64,000 bases of DNA, taken from contig CBDCJH010000001.1 of the NCBI GenBank assembly GCA_965217775.1, positions 80,269 to 144,268 of the forward strand, in the 5' to 3' direction. The position numbers and the translations under genes are program-made. This document shows, piece by piece, positions 31,776 to 40,999 of this stretch. The DNA comes from Acidobacteriota bacterium (GTDB lineage: Bacteria; Acidobacteriota; UBA6911; RPQK01; JAJDTT01). Under the pieces are notes generated by a model. That model did no database searches. It was not told the DNA's origin and saw only the letters and a list, made by a program, of their open reading frames with translations. Each line of letters begins with the position of its first letter. Position 1 is the first letter of the stretch.

Positions 31776-32978
31776 ATGTTTTTTACCCATTTGGAGTGCG
31801 CACGCTGCGAGGCCACCCACGATTGCGAGAAACCGGCCCATCTCTGCGGCTGCGGCGGACCGCTTCTGGTTCGCTACGACCTGAATCGCGTCCGGGAGAC
31901 GGTGCACCCGGCGGAATTCGGAGGACGTGAGCCGAGCCTCTGGCGGTATCGGGAACTGCTTCCCCTCCGCGAACCCGACGCGCGGGTTTCCCTGGGAGAG
32001 CCGATGACACCGCTGTTGAGGTTGCACCGCGTCGGCGCCCGGGTCGGGGTTTCCAGGCTCTACATGAAGGATGAAGGCCTGTTGCCGACCGGGACCTTCA
32101 AGGCCCGGGGCGCCGCCGTCGGCGTCTCTCGAGCCCGGGAGCTTGGGATCGAAGCCCTGGCCCTGCCCACCAATGGCAACGCCGGGGCCGCGTGGGCAGC
32201 CTACAGCGCTGCCGCCGGCATCGAATGCGTCATCGTCATGCCCACGGACGCTCCCTTGATCCACCGCAAGGAGTGCGCCGTGACGGACGCCACTTTCTAC
32301 CTGGTGGACGGCCTGATCAGCGACGCGGGGAAGCAGGTGGCCGACGGGGTGAAGCGGCACGGTTGGTATGACGCCTCAACCCTGAAGGAGCCCTACCGGA
32401 TCGAGGGCAAGAAGACCATGGGACTGGAGTTGGCAGAGCAGTTCCAGTGGCAGCTCCCGGACGTGATCATCTACCCCACCGGGGGCGGCGTCGGGCTCAT
32501 CGGCATCCACAAAGTCTTCCGGGAACTCCAAGAGCTGGGATGGCTGGATCGGCCTTTTCCGCGAATGGTGTCGGTCCAATCCAGCGGATGTGCTCCCATC
32601 GTCCGCGCCTGGGAGTCGGGCCACCGGGAATCGGAGTTCTGGACGGACGCCCGGACCGTGGCTTTCGGAATCACGGTCCCGAAGGCGTTGGGAGACTTCC
32701 TGGTTCTGGACGCTCTGTACGAGACCAACGGCTGCGCCGTCGAGACCTCGGACGAGGAGATCCTTCAGGCACAACGGCTGCTGGCCCGAAACGAGGGAAC
32801 CTTCGTCTGTCCGGAGGGGGCGGCGACTCTGGCTGCGGCGCGGAAACTGAGTCAATCGGGATGGATCCGGTCCGGCGAGAGGGTGCTTCTGCTCAACACC
32901 GGATCCGGACTCAAATATCCGGAGTCCGTATCCTGCTCCCCTCCCATTCTCGCACCCGGAGACTCACTGCCGGTCTGA
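31776..32978 (+). CDS. thrC: Threonine synthase family PLP enzyme
   Basis: LWRYRELLP, SLGEPMTPL, PTGTFKARG, EGKKTMG, PTGGG, NTGSGLKY. Confidence 0.85.
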   Translation: MFFTHLECARCEATHDCEKPAHLCGCGGPLLVRYDLNRVRETVHPAEFGGREPSLWRYRELLPLREPDARVSLGEPMTPLLRLHRVGARVGVSRLYMKDEGLLPTGTFKARGAAVGVSRARELGIEALALPTNGNAGAAWAAYSAAAGIECVIVMPTDAPLIHRKECAVTDATFYLVDGLISDAGKQVADGVKRHGWYDASTLKEPYRIEGKKTMGLELAEQFQWQLPDVIIYPTGGGVGLIGIHKVFRELQELGWLDRPFPRMVSVQSSGCAPIVRAWESGHRESEFWTDARTVAFGITVPKALGDFLVLDALYETNGCAVETSDEEILQAQRLLARNEGTFVCPEGAATLAAARKLSQSGWIRSGERVLLLNTGSGLKYPESVSCSPPILAPGDSLPV

Positions 32979-33350
32979 ACCGGTCCCTTCCGGCGGAGAA
33001 GACGGGCTTTCACCGCGAAACCGGTCCAGGGCCTCCTGCTCGGTCTCGTAGATCTCCAGCAGGGGCAGGAGCTGGCTGAGAGAGAGGACGTGCTTGACCC
33101 GGTCGCCCGCTCTCAGGAGCTTCACCGAGCAGTTGAAACGTTTGGCCAGCCTGATTCCGGCAACCAGTTCGCCGATGCCGGAACTGTCGATCCAGGAGAC
33201 GCCGGAGAGATTCAACAGGATCTTCTGCCACCCCTCGGCGATCAACTCATCCATGACCTCCCGGAGCATCTGATCCCCAACGCCTGCCACCAGACGGCCT
33301 TCCAGATCGACGAGGATGACATCCTCCAGGTTTCGGACTTCTACGTGCAT
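32964..33350 (-). CDS. STAS domain anti-sigma factor antagonist
   Basis: ILLNLSGVSWIDSSGIGEL motif. Confidence 0.9.
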   Translation of the reverse strand: MHVEVRNLEDVILVDLEGRLVAGVGDQMLREVMDELIAEGWQKILLNLSGVSWIDSSGIGELVAGIRLAKRFNCSVKLLRAGDRVKHVLSLSQLLPLLEIYETEQEALDRFRGESPSSPPEGTGSDRQ

Positions 33351-33396
33351 TGTTTTCCCGCCAGTTTCGAAAGCCGAAGGAACTAAAGGTCGGACC

Positions 33397-33663
33397 TCAC
33401 TTCCAGCGAACGCTCTTGGGTGGCGTCTCGTTGCACCGCATGCTCTCCGTACGGCCCGAGGCCAACACGGCGCAGGCGAGCTCTACAGCCGTTCTCTGGG
33501 CTTCTTCCCGAGTCGCCCCGGCCGCCGTGCGGCAAACGGTCTGGCCGCGGAACTCGACACAGACCTCGCAACTGAACTTGCGGAGACTCAGACTGGAATA
33601 CAGGAGGTAGCCCACAAAAAGAGCTACACCAAGCAGAACCAGGAGCTTGGCAGGGGCAGACAT
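33397..33663 (-). CDS. Small membrane-anchored Cys-rich hypothetical protein
   Basis: N-terminal TM, CEVC..C..AC..C; 88 aa. Confidence 0.65.
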   Translation of the reverse strand: MSAPAKLLVLLGVALFVGYLLYSSLSLRKFSCEVCVEFRGQTVCRTAAGATREEAQRTAVELACAVLASGRTESMRCNETPPKSVRWK

Positions 33664-33844
33664 GGGAGACGAGCCTTCGGCTACGGCTCATTCGGGCGGC
33701 CGGTACCAGCCGCCCGGTTTCTGCGTCGCTTGAAGGAAACGGAACGAGACTCAAGAGCCCGCACGATCCACGCCAGTCCGACTCCAACAAAGTGTCGGAC
33801 TGACGTGAGAATGCGAGATTGCGAGCCGTGGAGGGTGAACCCCT

Positions 33845-34171
33845 CTATTCGACCACCTTGATCGAGGAGGCGGTCAGCATCATCTTTCCGCCCTCTTTGG
33901 CCACGGTGCCCTTGGCCTTGATGCTCTTGCTGCCCTGGCAGACGTTGCCATGAAACTTCTTGGCAACGTCGTTGTGGACCATGTAATAGGTGACGGTCTT
34001 CCCATCCTTCTTCACCTGGATGGCATTCTGACAGGAAGCCGTTTCGCCCAAGCCGCACTTGGCGCAGGTGCCTTCACCCTTGAGGGTCTTGACATGGTGG
34101 GCACCCATGACGAGACCCGCGGCTGCCAGCAGAACGACGACGTAGGCGATTGCGAAGACGGGTTTTCTCAT
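33845..34171 (-). CDS. Exported DUF6370-like protein
   Basis: AAAGGA RBS; signal peptide; GEGTCAKC..CQNA..H..VC..GTV. Confidence 0.7.
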   Translation of the reverse strand: MRKPVFAIAYVVVLLAAAGLVMGAHHVKTLKGEGTCAKCGLGETASCQNAIQVKKDGKTVTYYMVHNDVAKKFHGNVCQGSKSIKAKGTVAKEGGKMMLTASSIKVVE

Positions 34172-34356
34172 GATTCATCCTTTCTGAACTTTGGCGCCCG
34201 GTGGCACCTTGATCTCTGAATTGCGTCTCTCGACGGCCGATTCATCAGATCCGGCCACCGCCAACAAAGGTTAATATCAATTGGGAGAAACTTCAACGTA
34301 TTTATCTATGATCTTATTTCGTTGCAATAAATAGACAAATATGACAATTTGTTGCT

Positions 34357-34986
34357 ATGAAATTCGGAGACTTGCTCGCAGTAGCACCTCCCAATGGGGT
34401 ATTCAGAACGGGCCAGATTCTGGCTGGGCAAACCTCGCCTGCCCATGTCAGGCGGCAACTGGACCGCTGGGTCAAGAGCGAACGAGTCATCCGGTTGAGG
34501 CGCGGCGTGTACCTGCTGTCGGATCTCTACTCCAAGACGTCGGCTCATCCCTTCGCGGTGGCGAACGCGCTCAAGAAAGCCTCCTACGTAAGTCTGCAAT
34601 CCGCGTTGGCCCACTACGGCATGATCCCGGAATACGTTCCGGTCACTACCAGCGTCACGACCGGCCGTCCGGAAGAGCTTTCGACGCCCATAGGACGATT
34701 CCAATTCCGACATGTCAGGATCCCTCTTCTCTTCGGGTTTGGGGAAATGGAAATCGCAAGAGACCAGATGGCATTGCTTGCGGGTCCGGAAAAGGCGCTG
34801 GTCGACCTACTCTACCTGACTCCACACAGCGACCGCGTCGAATACCTGCGGGAACTTCGGCTTGAAAGGCCCCGTGGACTCGACCTGGAAGGACTTCACG
34901 CCGTCGTTGAGAGGTGTCGATCCGCCAAGATCGAACGCGCCGTCGAGCGGCTTCTGGAACTCTGGGAGAATCGAGATCCGAGATGA
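34357..34986 (+). CDS. Type IV TA antitoxin, AbiEi family
   Basis: RLRRGVY, SYVSLQSALAHYGMIPE, A.PEKALVDLLY; paired with AbiEii. Confidence 0.85.
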   Translation: MKFGDLLAVAPPNGVFRTGQILAGQTSPAHVRRQLDRWVKSERVIRLRRGVYLLSDLYSKTSAHPFAVANALKKASYVSLQSALAHYGMIPEYVPVTTSVTTGRPEELSTPIGRFQFRHVRIPLLFGFGEMEIARDQMALLAGPEKALVDLLYLTPHSDRVEYLRELRLERPRGLDLEGLHAVVERCRSAKIERAVERLLELWENRDPR

Positions 34987-35792
34987 AACCTCTTCTGCTG
35001 GAGATCCTCCGGGATCAGCCTGATGATTTCCGGCGGCGCAACACCGCCCGGGAATACCTGCAGGCGCGAATTCTTCTGGCCCTTCAGGACGCGGGGGCCT
35101 TCAGCGACTGGGCCTTTGTCGAGGGTACGGCCCTGCGGTTCCTGTTTCAGCTTCCCCGCTATTCCGAGGATCTCGATTTCTCTCTCACGACGCCGGGAGA
35201 GAATGCTCGATTCGAAAAGCTCATCCAGTCCGTCAGCAGAGATCTTCTGCTGGAAGGATACGACGTGGAGATACGGTCCCGTCCGCGCCCGCCGGTGGCA
35301 GTTGCCGCGATCGAAATACGTGGTCTCCTATACGAGCTCGGGCTGTCTCCCCATTCCGACGAGGCGATCATGGTGAAGATCGAGATCGACACCCGCCCTC
35401 CCCGCGGTGCGCGCACAACGACGCGCTTGGTCCGTCGCTTCGTCTGGTTGAATCTTCTTCACTACGACCGGTCTTCGTTACTGGCCAGCAAGCTGCACGC
35501 AGTGCTGACTCGCAAGTATACGAAGGGTCGTGACCTGTATGACTTGGGTTGGTACCTTGCTGATCCCACTTGGCCGGCTCCGAACCTGGTTCAGTTGAAC
35601 AACGCCCTCCGGCAGTCGGGTTGGGACGTACCCGTCGTCACACCGGCGAACTGGCGCGAGCTGATCAGGGACAAACTGAACACGATTGACTGGGAACAGG
35701 CTCTTCGGGACGTTTCGCCATTTCTGGAACGGAGACAGGACATGGCTCTGATTTCCAGGGACGTTCTCCTGCGGCTGCTGGCCGAACCGTAG
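34983..35792 (+). CDS. Type IV TA toxin, AbiEii nucleotidyltransferase
   Basis: REYLQ, FVEGTAL, RYSEDLDF, KIEID, KLHA, KGRDLYD; ATGA overlap. Confidence 0.87.
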   Translation: MKPLLLEILRDQPDDFRRRNTAREYLQARILLALQDAGAFSDWAFVEGTALRFLFQLPRYSEDLDFSLTTPGENARFEKLIQSVSRDLLLEGYDVEIRSRPRPPVAVAAIEIRGLLYELGLSPHSDEAIMVKIEIDTRPPRGARTTTRLVRRFVWLNLLHYDRSSLLASKLHAVLTRKYTKGRDLYDLGWYLADPTWPAPNLVQLNNALRQSGWDVPVVTPANWRELIRDKLNTIDWEQALRDVSPFLERRQDMALISRDVLLRLLAEP

Positions 35793-35941
35793 CTGATCTC
35801 CAACTTCAAGGAGATGCTCCGAGAAGATCCAGGCGAAGTCGCCTCTGACTTTCAGAGCAACGTGGGAAATACGGAACGCCCGCCGGTTGACAGGGGTAGG
35901 TGCGGGTGTTCCAATTCCACTCCAATCAGGGAGAAGACCAG

Positions 35942-36793
35942 ATGCGGGTGGGACAGGGTGACTATCAGTACGAACCGGTGGGCGATTGGGCCAAGCTCCC
36001 GTCGGGTTGGACCTTCGGCTGGATTCCGGCCATTGCCGTCGACAGCCGGGACCGGGTCTACGTCTACAGCCGAAGCGAGCACCCCATGGTCGTCTTCGAC
36101 CGGGACGGGAACTTCCTCACCTCTTGGGGAGAGGACCTGCTGCACAACGCTCACGGCCTCCGGATCGATGCCGAAGACAACCTGTACTGCACCGAGTGGA
36201 AAGGCCACTGCGTCCACAAGCTCACGTCGGACGGAGAGCTCCAGTGGACCCTGGGCACGCCTGGCGTCCCCCGTCCTCCGGGTCTGCCTTTCAATCTGCC
36301 CACGGATCTCGCCATCGCCCCCGACGGCTGCCTCTTCGTCAGCGACGGCTACGGCAACGCCAAAGTGCACAAGTTCTCCCCGGACGGCGTGCTCCTGAAG
36401 AGTTGGGGCGAGCCGGGCACGGGACCCGGGCAATTCGATCTGGTTCACGACGTCTGGGTCGATTCCGATTATCTGGTCTATGTCTGCGACCGCTCCAACA
36501 ACCGGATTCAGATCTTCGACGGCGACGGAAACTACTTGAGGGAGTGGACCGATCTGCTCCAACCCGATTTCGTCTGGTTCGATCCGGACGAGACCGTGTT
36601 CGTTTCGGAAATCGAACACCGAGTCAGCGTTCTGAGCCGGGACGGCCGGCTGCTTTCCCGCTGGGGCGAAAAGGGGGACGGTCCCGGGCAGTTCCCAGGC
36701 TTTCCCCACGCCATCTGGGGGGACAGCCGGGGCGACCTCTACATCGGCGAGGTGGGCGTCAACGGCAGCCTGACCAAATTCGTCCGGGTGTGA
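35942..36793 (+). CDS. NHL-repeat (PAL-like) beta-propeller protein
   Basis: Repeated AVDS.D.VYV, FNLPTD.A, SDGYGN, WG..G.GPGQF, DRSNNRIQIF. Confidence 0.87.
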   Translation: MRVGQGDYQYEPVGDWAKLPSGWTFGWIPAIAVDSRDRVYVYSRSEHPMVVFDRDGNFLTSWGEDLLHNAHGLRIDAEDNLYCTEWKGHCVHKLTSDGELQWTLGTPGVPRPPGLPFNLPTDLAIAPDGCLFVSDGYGNAKVHKFSPDGVLLKSWGEPGTGPGQFDLVHDVWVDSDYLVYVCDRSNNRIQIFDGDGNYLREWTDLLQPDFVWFDPDETVFVSEIEHRVSVLSRDGRLLSRWGEKGDGPGQFPGFPHAIWGDSRGDLYIGEVGVNGSLTKFVRV

Positions 36794-36828
36794 GGCTCCT
36801 CTCTTCCCGGACCTTGATGGAGACCATC

Positions 36829-37563
36829 ATGACAAGAACGAAAACCCTGCTTTCGGGAATATTGGTTTGCTTCGCCTCCTGCGCCGCACCCGACTCCGAG
36901 CCGACGATGGAGGAGGAGGCGGCCCCGATGTTGAACACCCTGACCGAGGAGGAGCGGGCCGAAGGTTGGACGTTGCTCTTCGACGGCAAGAGCCTGGATC
37001 AGTGGCGAGGTTTCAGGAGCCAGGAGGTTCCGAAAGGGTGGGAAGTCAACGACGACTCCATCCACTACGCCGGAAAGGTCCGGGCCGGGGACATCATCAC
37101 GCGGGAAGAGTACGGCAACTTCGATTTGCGGCTGGAATGGAAGGTCCTGGAGGCCGGCAACAGCGGCATTTTCTTTCGGGCCAGTGAGGACTTCGAAAGC
37201 CTCTGGTTCACGGGACCGGAGATGCAGGTTCTGGACGATGCCGGCCACCGCGACGGCGCCAAGCGGGAGACCAGCGCCGGCGCCAACTACGCTCTTCATC
37301 CCCCCGCAAAGGACGTGGTTCGAAAGGCCGGCGAGTGGAACCAGGTCGGAATCGTCGCCCACGGCAACCACGTGGAGCACTGGATGAACGGCGAGAAGAT
37401 CGTGGAGTACGAGCTGCGCAGCGAGGACTGGAAACAGAGGGTGGCCGCCAGCAAGTTCAAGGATCTCTCCCACTACGGGCTCATGGACATGGGTCACATC
37501 GTCCTTCAGGACCACAGCGATCCGGTCTGGTTCCGGAACCTCAAGATCAGAAAGTTGAACTGA
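36829..37563 (+). CDS. DUF1080 (3-keto-disaccharide hydrolase family) lipoprotein
   Basis: Lipobox FASC; GWTLLFDGKSL, NSGIF, EMQVLD, GEWN, LQDH..VWFRNLKI. Confidence 0.9.
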   Translation: MTRTKTLLSGILVCFASCAAPDSEPTMEEEAAPMLNTLTEEERAEGWTLLFDGKSLDQWRGFRSQEVPKGWEVNDDSIHYAGKVRAGDIITREEYGNFDLRLEWKVLEAGNSGIFFRASEDFESLWFTGPEMQVLDDAGHRDGAKRETSAGANYALHPPAKDVVRKAGEWNQVGIVAHGNHVEHWMNGEKIVEYELRSEDWKQRVAASKFKDLSHYGLMDMGHIVLQDHSDPVWFRNLKIRKLN

Positions 37564-37611
37564 ACCGTCCCTTGGAGCCCAAAGAGGAACGGCCACGCCC
37601 GAGGTGCCGGA

Positions 37612-38679
37612 TCAGGCGTTGACGACCAGCAGGATCTCGCCGGCGAAGATGCGGGGATTGGTTCGGAACATCACCAGCACCCCATCCTGAGGGCTCCGGA
37701 CTTCCTCCAAGGGCGTGCCGTCCAGATCCCGGATCATTCCCAGCGCATCCCCTTGCCGAACCCGCATGCCCAGGCGGGCGTCCGAGAAGAAGAGTCCGCT
37801 GCATCCGGACCGCATGGAGACATCCACGTCACCGTCCCCGCAAAGCCGTAGCGGTTCGTAATCCGCTTCCAGACCGGCGGAGGAGAGTTTCGCCATGTCG
37901 AGAAACTCCAGCAGATTGGCCAGGCCCCGAGTGTAGCAATCCACGTCGTCGGGATGGGCTCGCCCCCCGCCGCGAGCCTCGGTGTACAGGGACGGAATCT
38001 CCAACTTCAGGGTCTCGGTCAAGGTCCGGCCCGGAGAGACCTTGGGATGCTCCCAGATCATGGGGGCTCCAAAGCATTCCGCTGCCGCCCGGGCCGTATC
38101 GGCCTGACGGCCCAGAGCCGCGTAGCCGACCAGAGTCATCATGGCGTAGTTTCGGCCCGAGCTGTGCAGGTCGATGTACAGGTCGGCATGCCGGAAGACC
38201 TTCTCCAGCATCAGAGCAGCCAGACGCTCGCTCATGCTCCCCGAAGAGGACCCGGGAAAAATACGGGCCATGTTGAGGCCGTCCACGGGGTTCGCCCGCG
38301 TCGCCTGCCAAAACGCCGGAAGCGTCACCACCGGTACGGCGACGAAGGTTCCGGACAAGTTGGAAGGGTCCAAGGCTTCGAAGGTCCGAAAGATGGCTTC
38401 CATGCCCTCATACTCGTCCCCATGCACGCCGGCCGTCGCCACCAGAGTCTTTCCTTGGCCCGAATCGCCCTTGGCCGCCAGGACGGGGATCGACAGCGAA
38501 CCGGCATCAAGCCGCGCCGAAATGGCGTCAGAAATCGCGTCCGGGGAAACCATGTCGCCGCAGGTCATCCGAACGCCGTCGGCCAGTCGGGTCAGGTCCG
38601 GCGCCTTCAACCGCAACTCGTAGACGTCCTTGCTGCCCTGAGGCAAGCTGTCGAAATCGAATTCTTTATGCCGAGTCAT
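37612..38679 (-). CDS. Succinylglutamate desuccinylase/aspartoacylase (M14) family protein
   Basis: GVHGDEYEG, NMARIFPG, IDLHS, TE; GAGGAGG RBS. Confidence 0.88.
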   Translation of the reverse strand: MTRHKEFDFDSLPQGSKDVYELRLKAPDLTRLADGVRMTCGDMVSPDAISDAISARLDAGSLSIPVLAAKGDSGQGKTLVATAGVHGDEYEGMEAIFRTFEALDPSNLSGTFVAVPVVTLPAFWQATRANPVDGLNMARIFPGSSSGSMSERLAALMLEKVFRHADLYIDLHSSGRNYAMMTLVGYAALGRQADTARAAAECFGAPMIWEHPKVSPGRTLTETLKLEIPSLYTEARGGGRAHPDDVDCYTRGLANLLEFLDMAKLSSAGLEADYEPLRLCGDGDVDVSMRSGCSGLFFSDARLGMRVRQGDALGMIRDLDGTPLEEVRSPQDGVLVMFRTNPRIFAGEILLVVNA

Positions 38680-38754
38680 TTGCGACCCCTCCTCTTGGCA
38701 GCCCTTGGCGAGAATCGTTTGGAAACGTATCCTCACTCGATTGCGTTTTCAACA

Positions 38755-38915
38755 TCAGCCCGTGGTGAATGTCCCGCGAGCACCGAAACCGTTCCTGCGC
38801 CCGCCGGACCAAGCGCGATGAGGGAGCATACCGGGAGTATGTGACCGAGTCGCAACGCAGTCCGCGCACGATGCAGGGACGGTCGAATGCCGTGACGACT
38901 TTTGCCACGGGCTGA
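38755..38915 (-). mobile_element. MITE-like element, copy 2 (inverted, intergenic)
   Basis: TCAGCCCGTGG...CCACGGGCTGA|TA TIRs; interior is the reverse complement of 5715-5874 with scattered substitutions. Confidence 0.85.
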
Positions 38916-38995
38916 TAAGGAAACGGTCGGAATTCATCGCACCCACGTGACAACCTGCGAGACACCGGTTCTAATTTGGGACGGAGGAACGAATC

Positions 38996-40510
38996 ATGCG
39001 CGTATCCTGGTTTCGAGTCTTGACGCTGCTGGCCGGTTTCACGGCCTGGACCGGTCCCTTTCTTTCGGCGGGGGAGGCCACTTCCATGGAAGCCGTTGAC
39101 ATCGGTTCCCGGCTGGAACTGTTCGCTGACGACCATTTGATCGCAAAGATGGAGGGTGTGGAGATCCGCCTTCACCCACCCCGGTCCGGCGGCACGGTCC
39201 TGGAATTCGATCGGCCCTGGGAGGGGAACACCAGTTGGCAGCTGAGCGTCTTCAAGGACGGCAACCTCTTCCGAATGTATTACATGGGGCGCACCGCGCC
39301 GGACTATGCGCGGAAAGCCGGACTGACTCCGGACGAGAAGCTCACGCCTCCGCATCCCAACTTCCTCTGCTATGCCGAGAGCCGGGACGGAATCCATTGG
39401 ACGCGGCCCAATTTGGGCCTCTACGAGTTCAATGGATCCACCGAAAACAACATCGTCACCGACCACGCTGGGGGAGCGCCCCTGCTGGACACCCGGCCGG
39501 GAGTCGACCCGGCGGTCCGCTTCAAGTCGCCGGGCGGAGTGGGCATCAATCCCCGATTCGGCCAGGCCAACGAACGCTCCATCGGCCTGGTGCTCTGGGT
39601 CTCGCCGGATGGGCTCCGCTGGAAGAAGTGGCGGGAGGACCCCCTCTTCGTCACCTCGTTGCCCAATGCCTTCGACTCCGTCAACGTCCTCTTCTGGTCC
39701 GAATGGGAGAAACAGTACGTCTTCTACTTCCGGTACATGCTCCAGGACGTGCGCACCTTCGCCCGGACCACTTCCAAGGACCTCCTCAACTGGACGGAGC
39801 AGGTTCCCTGCACCTTCAACGGAAAGGCCCGGCCGGTAGATCACCTCTACACCAATGCGGCCACGCCCTATTTCCGGGCCCCTCATATCTATCTCGGGTT
39901 TCCCAAGCGCTTCCAGCCCTTGCGGCAGATCCACGACGATGCTCCCCGGCCCGGCATTTCGGAGACCGTCTTCATGACCAGCCGTGACGGGATCGACTGG
40001 AACCCCTTTCCGGAGGCGTTTATCCGGCCGGGACGGCAGGAACGAAACTGGATCCACCGAACCAACAGCACGGCCGTGGGCGTGGTTCCCACTGCCCCGG
40101 ATGAGATCTCGATCTACACGTCCCGCAACTACACCTACCCGTCCACCTACCTGGAGCGATTCGTCCTGCGCACCGACGGCTTTACTTCCATCAAGGCTCC
40201 CTACTCCGGCGGGGAATTCGTGACCAAGCCATTCCGGTTCGAGGGCCGGGATCTGGTCCTCAACTTCTCGACCTCGGCCGTGGGGAGCATTCGCATCGAG
40301 GTCCAGGACCAGGACGGGCAGCCGATTCCGGGTTTCACACTGGAGGAATCGCCGGTCATCTTCGGAGATCACATTCAGAGAAGAATCCGGTGGAGCCGGC
40401 CGGGGTTCCTTCCCACCGACCCCATGAGATTCGACCGGCTGGCGGAAAGGCCGATCCGGCTCCGCTTCGTCATGAAGGACGCGGATATCTATTCGTTTCG
40501 GTTCCGGTGA
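38996..40510 (+). CDS. Exported glycoside-hydrolase-like beta-propeller protein
   Basis: Signal peptide; RLELFADD, PWEG, YAESRDGIHWTRPNLG, SPDGLRW, SRDGIDW Asp-box-like motifs, LRTDGF. Confidence 0.7.
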   Translation: MRVSWFRVLTLLAGFTAWTGPFLSAGEATSMEAVDIGSRLELFADDHLIAKMEGVEIRLHPPRSGGTVLEFDRPWEGNTSWQLSVFKDGNLFRMYYMGRTAPDYARKAGLTPDEKLTPPHPNFLCYAESRDGIHWTRPNLGLYEFNGSTENNIVTDHAGGAPLLDTRPGVDPAVRFKSPGGVGINPRFGQANERSIGLVLWVSPDGLRWKKWREDPLFVTSLPNAFDSVNVLFWSEWEKQYVFYFRYMLQDVRTFARTTSKDLLNWTEQVPCTFNGKARPVDHLYTNAATPYFRAPHIYLGFPKRFQPLRQIHDDAPRPGISETVFMTSRDGIDWNPFPEAFIRPGRQERNWIHRTNSTAVGVVPTAPDEISIYTSRNYTYPSTYLERFVLRTDGFTSIKAPYSGGEFVTKPFRFEGRDLVLNFSTSAVGSIRIEVQDQDGQPIPGFTLEESPVIFGDHIQRRIRWSRPGFLPTDPMRFDRLAERPIRLRFVMKDADIYSFRFR

Positions 40511-40528
40511 GACGCCCGATCCGCTAGA

Positions 40529-40669
40529 AGCGGCAACCGCTTCGAAGCCCTCAAAGGTGACCGCGAAGGCCAGTACAGCATCCGCATCAACAACCAGTAG
40601 CGGATTTGCTTCGAATGGCCCAAAGGATCCCTCGGACCCGAGAATGTAGAGATTGTCGATTACCACCAG
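40529..40669 (+). pseudogene. higB: HigB (RelE/ParE) toxin remnant
   Basis: [45 protein letters not shown]: 5'-truncated, conserved Trp codon is TAG at 40598-40600. Confidence 0.85.
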
Positions 40670-40679
40670 GCGAACCGCT

Positions 40680-40979
40680 ATGGCTGTGCCCGCAATCCAT
40701 CCCGGCAAACATGTCGCCGAAGAACTGAAAGAACTCAATATGAGTGCCGCCGCGCTTGCGCGAAAGCTCAAGGTTCCTACGAACCGCATCACTGAGATTC
40801 TGAACGGACGAAGGGCCATTACCGCCGATACGGCCCTGCGCCTGGCGCACTACTTCGGCACCAGTCCCGAATTTTGGCTAAATCTTCAAAAGATCTATGA
40901 ATTGCGCGTTGCCGAGAAGAAAGCCAGCAGGGAGCTCAAGACCCTGCCAATGCTTGCGAACGAACACGCTCACGCCTGA
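40680..40979 (+). CDS. higA: HigA-family antitoxin
   Basis: IHPG..L, RITEILNGRRAITADTALRL..FGTSPEFWLNLQ..YEL. Confidence 0.93.
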   Translation: MAVPAIHPGKHVAEELKELNMSAAALARKLKVPTNRITEILNGRRAITADTALRLAHYFGTSPEFWLNLQKIYELRVAEKKASRELKTLPMLANEHAHA

Positions 40980-40999
40980 AATCCAAATGCGGATTGCCG

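Noticed and set aside
38666-40819. 717-aa minus-strand ORF
   Set aside because: Antisense shadow of the 38996-40510 gene that runs through the MITE; no recognisable domain.
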